A stretch of DNA of 61,267 nucleotides, filler included. It is 15 parts of 15 records of this genome, joined end to end, with 100 filler letters (N's around TTAATTAATTAA, not from the genome) between each part and the next. Parts side by side here need not be neighbours in the genome. Positions count along the whole stretch, not along the records: positions 53,198 to 57,343 come from SRR15195285_13303; positions 57,444 to 61,267 come from SRR15195285_13305; 13 more parts are not named here. The stretch is one strand, 5' to 3'. A model generated the notes under the pieces. That model was not told the DNA's origin, did not search any database, and saw only the letters and a list, made by a program, of their open reading frames with translations. Both the position numbers and the translations under genes were made by a program. Of the stretch, positions 56,501 to 61,267 are shown in pieces (position 1 is the first letter of the stretch; each line of letters starts with the position of its first letter).

Positions 56501-57276
56501 AATAGCCACTTTATCCAGCTCTGCGGGCATGGTGGGGCGTCGTCACAGAGTACTGTGAACGCGGCATCGGTCATAGAGTTCCTGCGGCTGTCATCGCTGT
56601 CAGAACAGAAGCTTCGTGCCATATTTGAGCTCACTGTGGCCGATCACAGACGTGGGGTGGACGCAGAAGAGTTCATGCTAGCGATGCACATCACACAAGG
56701 TGTGACGCGAGGCTTGGCTTTGCCAGCACGGCTTCCAGCTCACTTGCTACGCGGGGGCCAAGGAGGGGCTGAAAGCGAACGTATTCTCGAGCTGGAGGCA
56801 GCACTTGCATCTGCTCGTGCCGAAGCTGCCGGCGGTCCTGGCGAAATTGGAGCTGGTGGCGCTCCCGCTGATGGTGACCAAGATGGCTTGCGCATACAGC
56901 TTCAGGAAATGGAAGCCAACCTTGCCGCGGTGCGGTACGAGAACCAGCTGCTGGAGAATGAGAGGGCAGAGACACCAGCTATGGGTGCGGTCATGGGCGG
57001 AGGCGGCGGAGGCGGGTTGAGCGAGCAGGAGGTTGCAGCATTGCGAGCGAAAGTCGCGCTGCTGCAAAAACAACTCAGCGAACTGCAGACCGAAGAGGAC
57101 AGCGATGAATGGGACGGTACGCTGGAGTCAGCGCAGTCAGCACTCCGCGAGGCTGCCGAGCGACTGATGGAGGGTGATGAGTCTGCACAGCCGGACTTCG
57201 ACAAGTGGGACAAGCGTATTTCGACACATCCAGATCACCTCGCGGCAGAGGCACGAAAGCTTGCAGAATGGGAGCG
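53584..57276 (+). CDS. Endocytic/actin adaptor-like protein (WH2-like, UBA-like, UIMs, EH domain, coiled coils), 3'-partial; intron 53837-53939
   Basis: QNDLLAAIRGG (WH2-like), IEMGFSPTIV (UBA-like), DPDLAMARAASL and MLEKAIEAS (UIM). EH domain: YNSHF..LRLSSLSEQKLRAIFEL..DAEEFMLAMHI..LPARLP. Confidence 0.75.
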
Positions 57277-57652
57277 GTAAGTAGCTTTGAGTTCAAAGCA
57301 GGACCTGTGTATATCTTGACGCTATGCAGTTGTTTGATGCATGNNNNNNNNNNNNNNNNNNNNNNNNNNNNNNNNNNNNNNNNNNNNTTAATTAATTAAN
57401 NNNNNNNNNNNNNNNNNNNNNNNNNNNNNNNNNNNNNNNNNNNGGGGGGAGAAGGGGTGTGTGGCTGGAGGGGTCAGTTGCCACGGACGGCTAGCAGGGC
57501 ACTGGACTGAGCGACTGGCGAACAGTGCTGATCGCAGCCTTTGCTCGAGTGTAGTGCTTCGAGCTGGGTGCTGGGAGGCGTGTGGTTGAGGTTGGAGGTT
57601 GCTGGTGTGTCGGTGAGGTGTGTGTTTGTGTGGGTGGTAGGGTGTGTGCGAG

Positions 57653-58885
57653 ATGAGCAGCGCACGGGATGTGCCAGGTGGACGAGGCGTTGGCCATCAT
57701 TGCCAGGACACTGTGGGCCGTGATGACGAGACGGCTGGCAGTGAGGCAGCTTGCGACAGCGCAGCCCACCGGACGTGGGCAGATGCTGTGCGCTGCTCCT
57801 GGAGCTGGACGAACCAGCAGCGTGCGCAGCCTGAGGTCAATAGGCCCTGGTCGACATCGCCGGCGGCCAGCCCACCACAATCGCCTCCGGAGTTAGACCT
57901 ACCTGCGAGGGCCGCGAGCGTCGATACCACGCCGCTGGTGCCAGCAGACATTCCACGCATGCCCAGCATACTGGATGCGAGCACGAGCGAGAGCGAGGAC
58001 GAAGAGGTTGCCGAGGAAGCCGCGAACACTTCAGCTGAGACAGCTGGCGACGACAGCCTAGGATTTGGGTATCTCACGATTGAGGACGACCCGAAGACTG
58101 CAGGTGCGCCTGGTTGGCTCCTGGAGCAGCTCCAGTTGACCTCAGTCGAGCACACCTGCACGGCAGGTTTTCTGCAGATGGGCATGGATCGCTGCTGCGG
58201 CGATCCTGACCAGAACAGCTCCTGCATAGATGAGCTGCCTCCGGAAGGCTGGGAGACTCGCCGTTCACGCCGCGACGGGCGCACCTACTTTTTCAACGTG
58301 CAGACGGGCGAATCACGATGGCCGCGCCAGCGTCGTTTCAGCACAGACCGCGAGGTTGTAGCAGGGCGGTGCAAAGCGTGTAGGGCCGAGTGGATTGCGT
58401 TGCACGATGGCTCGCAGCACCGGCGCGCGCCGACGGCCGCCGAAGCCATCGAGCTGGCGCAGCGCCGGCTGTCTGCTGGCAATGCTGCTCGGCGCACCTT
58501 GGCTTACCAGCTCCTGGCATTCTCTGCTGCGGCACACGGTCGGTTAGGCAACGGCTCCGTGGCCTGCATCCTTCCATTCGATCTGCAGGAGAAGATCGGC
58601 CGGTCGCTCAATTGGCACTACGTGGGCGCAGCAGCAGCTACGCAGTTTGAAGAACAAGGCTGGGCGTGGGCGACCACCGCAATATTTCGCTTGCGCGGTG
58701 GATTTTCGCTGGGGAGTTTTGCCCAGCAGCCTGCAGCGAATAGGGTTTCATTCAGAGGCCGACTGGTCAAAGCCGGGGCAGCGACAGCCTCACTGTCAAC
58801 GGTAACGACCAGCCGCCGACGACCCGGCGCAAGACGGCGCAGGCAGCCGCAACAGGCTGCCGCGACTGGTCGTGGCAGGAGATGA
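57653..58885 (+). CDS. WW domain protein (start uncertain)
   Basis: LPPEGWETRRSRRDGRTYFFNVQTGESRWPR. Confidence 0.75.
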   Translation: MSSARDVPGGRGVGHHCQDTVGRDDETAGSEAACDSAAHRTWADAVRCSWSWTNQQRAQPEVNRPWSTSPAASPPQSPPELDLPARAASVDTTPLVPADIPRMPSILDASTSESEDEEVAEEAANTSAETAGDDSLGFGYLTIEDDPKTAGAPGWLLEQLQLTSVEHTCTAGFLQMGMDRCCGDPDQNSSCIDELPPEGWETRRSRRDGRTYFFNVQTGESRWPRQRRFSTDREVVAGRCKACRAEWIALHDGSQHRRAPTAAEAIELAQRRLSAGNAARRTLAYQLLAFSAAAHGRLGNGSVACILPFDLQEKIGRSLNWHYVGAAAATQFEEQGWAWATTAIFRLRGGFSLGSFAQQPAANRVSFRGRLVKAGAATASLSTVTTSRRRPGARRRRQPQQAAATGRGRR

Positions 58886-60959
58886 GGAGGCACTGAGCTG
58901 CTGCAGCAATGAGTAGCCGAAAAAAATGCATGCATCGTTTCCAAGATAACAGATCGGCAGCTCAGCCACCTTCGCTGCCGTCCTCGCTGCTCCCGTCCTC
59001 TCCGCTGTCGGAAAGTTTTTCCACGTGGTCGCCCCCCACTTGTCAAATTCTCCTGCCGGTAGCATCAAGTGCGATGTCGTCGACAGCGTGTTGGACAGTG
59101 CCTCCTTTTTGGACGGGTCGTGTGTGCAAACCGCCTTGCCTTGCACTGCTATTTGGAGCACTCCATAGAAACACACCAGGCTGTAGCAGAGCAACGTCGG
59201 TCCCGTTGCAAGCCAGTGCAGGAAACGACGCGGCAGTGAGATAGAGGGATCCAGTACCATCGCACTTCTATGCTGCACCATGTCAGTAAACCACGCATCA
59301 ATTATATGCGCCAAGCCAAATAGCACGTACTGCCCTAGCACGCAGCCAAGGACAATGTTTGTGCTGGTGGTCAGGTCGCCGTCGTCGCTATCTACGGCCA
59401 TGGCGTCCTCACTCCACATCCATGACAACTTGCTGATCGCCCGGCCGTGGAGGCAGCTGTGCGAGAACAGGCCGAATAGTGGCCCACCAATAAGAATGTG
59501 CGCGTAGTACCAGGTATACCAAGCGCAGTACGTTAGCCCGGAGCGTGTCTCAAATTGTCCTTCGATGAGCGATTCCACGAAATAATGGAAAACCTCTGCA
59601 GCACCGATCGACCAGCGCTTCGCTTGTCGCTGCCACTCGAACGCTTCTTCAGCGAGGGAATCGCCACTGGTCGGCCCTGAAAGCATGGGCAAGTAGATCG
59701 GCTCGACGGTGACGCGCCTGCGCGTCGCCCGCATACAAGAAAGGGTATAGATAATATCATCCATTTGGTAGCCAGGATGCATGTAGTCCGCAGCGAGGCA
59801 GAGCTCAAGTGAGAACGAGAAGATCGACATTGTGTTGATATCTGCACAGCAAGCGCTCACAGTCAGCCAGCAGTGTGGCATGGACGTGCACGCTGGCATG
59901 GAAACAGAACACAGACTTACTGCAAGGAATCAGGAACCCCATCATGAAAAATGATCGCAGGATGGCTGTGCAGCGCGTGAAGAATGCCGCCTCCGCAAGG
60001 CCGTAGTTGTAAAACAAGGGTGCTTGCCAAACGACTTCCGAGGCGCGCTCGTGCGTGAGGAACTGGAGCCCGAGCGCTTCGAAATAGCGCGGATCGAAGC
60101 ATGAGTCGGCATCACATGTGGTTACTGTGAAGTGTGACGCGTCGAACGTGTCGCCAGCGCTTTGCTGCAGGTGAGAGACCGCCTGGCGCATCGCAAAGTT
60201 GGAGTTGCTGCACTTTCCCGGAACTTCGCCCGGGATTCCACGTGGGTGCCGAGTGACGATCATTTCGTCAAACCTGTGCCCGAAGCAGATGCGGAGTGCC
60301 CGCTCTTTTTCAAGAAAGTCTGGCGTCCCCTCTTCGAAACCGACCACCATAACGGTGCGACTGGCCACCGTCGACTCAGCTATCGTCTGCACTGTTTTCG
60401 CGAGGAGCTCGAGCGGCTCCTTGTACGCACACATCAACACGATGTGCCGCAGCTCTCGCGCCTGCGCTGTATCAGGATAGTCCTGCACGTATGAGACCGT
60501 CTCCATCGCCGCTGACATCCTCCGCAGCGTGGAGATCGATTGGGCGGCAGCGAAGGCATACAGGCCGAACACCTGAAGCCAATAGGCCAGCACGCAGTAC
60601 CGCAGCGTCTCCGGGTTGAGCCAATACGGCATGAGCGCCATCCCAGCGATCATTGCCAGCCACAGAAGATTCCATCGAACCAGCTGCCTTTCCTGCACGT
60701 GCCTCGCACACCTTTCCGCCAGCCGGTGCATCAGCCCGGCAGAGCGCCGGCCCGCTCCCGGCGTCGATCCCACGCTCCCGGCCTCGGTCGCCGCCGGTGC
60801 CGCATCCTCAGCACACCCACTCACAACGCCGCTCCCTACCGCACCGACACCAGTGCCCCGCCGCATCCCGCCGCCACCACCACCTCCCAATTCCACACCA
60901 CCCCCAACAGCAGCTCCGTCGCCTCGCACAGGGCCGCGACGTCGGCTCAGCGCTGCCAT
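58796..60959 (-). CDS. Processive GT2 family glycosyltransferase (polysaccharide synthase-like), multipass; intron 59842-59920
   Basis: Two N-terminal TMs, HIVLMCAYKEP, PGKCSN, TCDAD (DxD), QMDD, QRQAKRW (QxxRW), C-terminal TMs. The 3' end is uncertain. Confidence 0.88.
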
Positions 60960-61219
60960 TTCCGCTCAGCGCCGCCGCCGTAGGTCCTACACACTATTCC
61001 GTATAAGCGTAAAATTCATTTGTTTACAACACTGGTTTACAACACAAAGGCACCAGCAAGGGAATGCAACCCAAAGCCAGCGCCAAGCGAGCCAGAGGCA
61101 CGGCACGCTCGGACCCACAACCAAAACCTAAGCTGCCTGGTCAGAATCCGGAGGGGCAGAGGTATGTGGGCGGGGTAGATCCCAATCACCACCTGGTATC
61201 AGCCAGGGGTGGGAGGGTG

Positions 61220-61254
61220 CGGCGCCAGACACTCTCCGAGAGTGTCTGGCGCCG
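61220..61254. repeat. Perfect 17-bp-arm palindrome
   Basis: CGGCGCCAGACACTCTC-C-GAGAGTGTCTGGCGCCG. Confidence 0.85.
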
Positions 61255-61267
61255 TGTTCAATCTGAT

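Noticed and set aside
3588-57443. Regularly recurring TTAATTAATTAA flanked by Ns as a repeat array or CRISPR
   Set aside because: Invariant 100-nt artificial linker with stops in all frames, used to concatenate contigs.
1-61267. A multi-gene cluster or operon (e.g. a polysaccharide utilisation locus) across the window
   Set aside because: The CAZyme genes are on separate contigs, so their order in the window is arbitrary.
1-61267. rRNA, tRNA, transposase, reverse transcriptase or viral hallmark genes
   Set aside because: None recognised by eye; tRNAscan-SE, Infernal and HMM searches would be needed to exclude them.

Overview
This window is not contiguous DNA. It is 15 short contigs (about 3-6 kb each) joined by identical 100-nt artificial linkers (44 N + TTAATTAATTAA + 44 N), so neighbourhood across linkers means nothing. 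The DNA is a compact, GC-rich eukaryotic nuclear genome with short GT-AG spliceosomal introns, most likely a heterotrophic protist SAG/MAG. An intronic repeat recalled from Picozoa assemblies hints at that lineage, but I could not verify it. Recognisable genes: pelota, selenoprotein K (UGA-Sec plus a SECIS, missed by the ORF track), two GH3s (one disrupted), a GH5-like TIM barrel, a beta-helix polysaccharide enzyme, a GH168/GHL15-like fragment, a CocE/NonD hydrolase, an MFS transporter, an AKR, an SDR epimerase, a LigB-like protein, a GT2 synthase, and LRR, ankyrin, MYND, WW and EH/UIM proteins. The most unusual items are: a putative membrane-tethered transcription factor with a tandem, unfamiliar Cys/His zinc module; a nucleotidyltransferase-like/NTPDase fusion; a TM-PX-MSP protein; a SECIS lacking the apical AA; sequence-related introns (Introner-like); a gustatory-receptor-like (7TMIC/DUF3537) gene; and dispersed palindromic repeats. 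All family calls come from motif recognition by eye, not from database searches.
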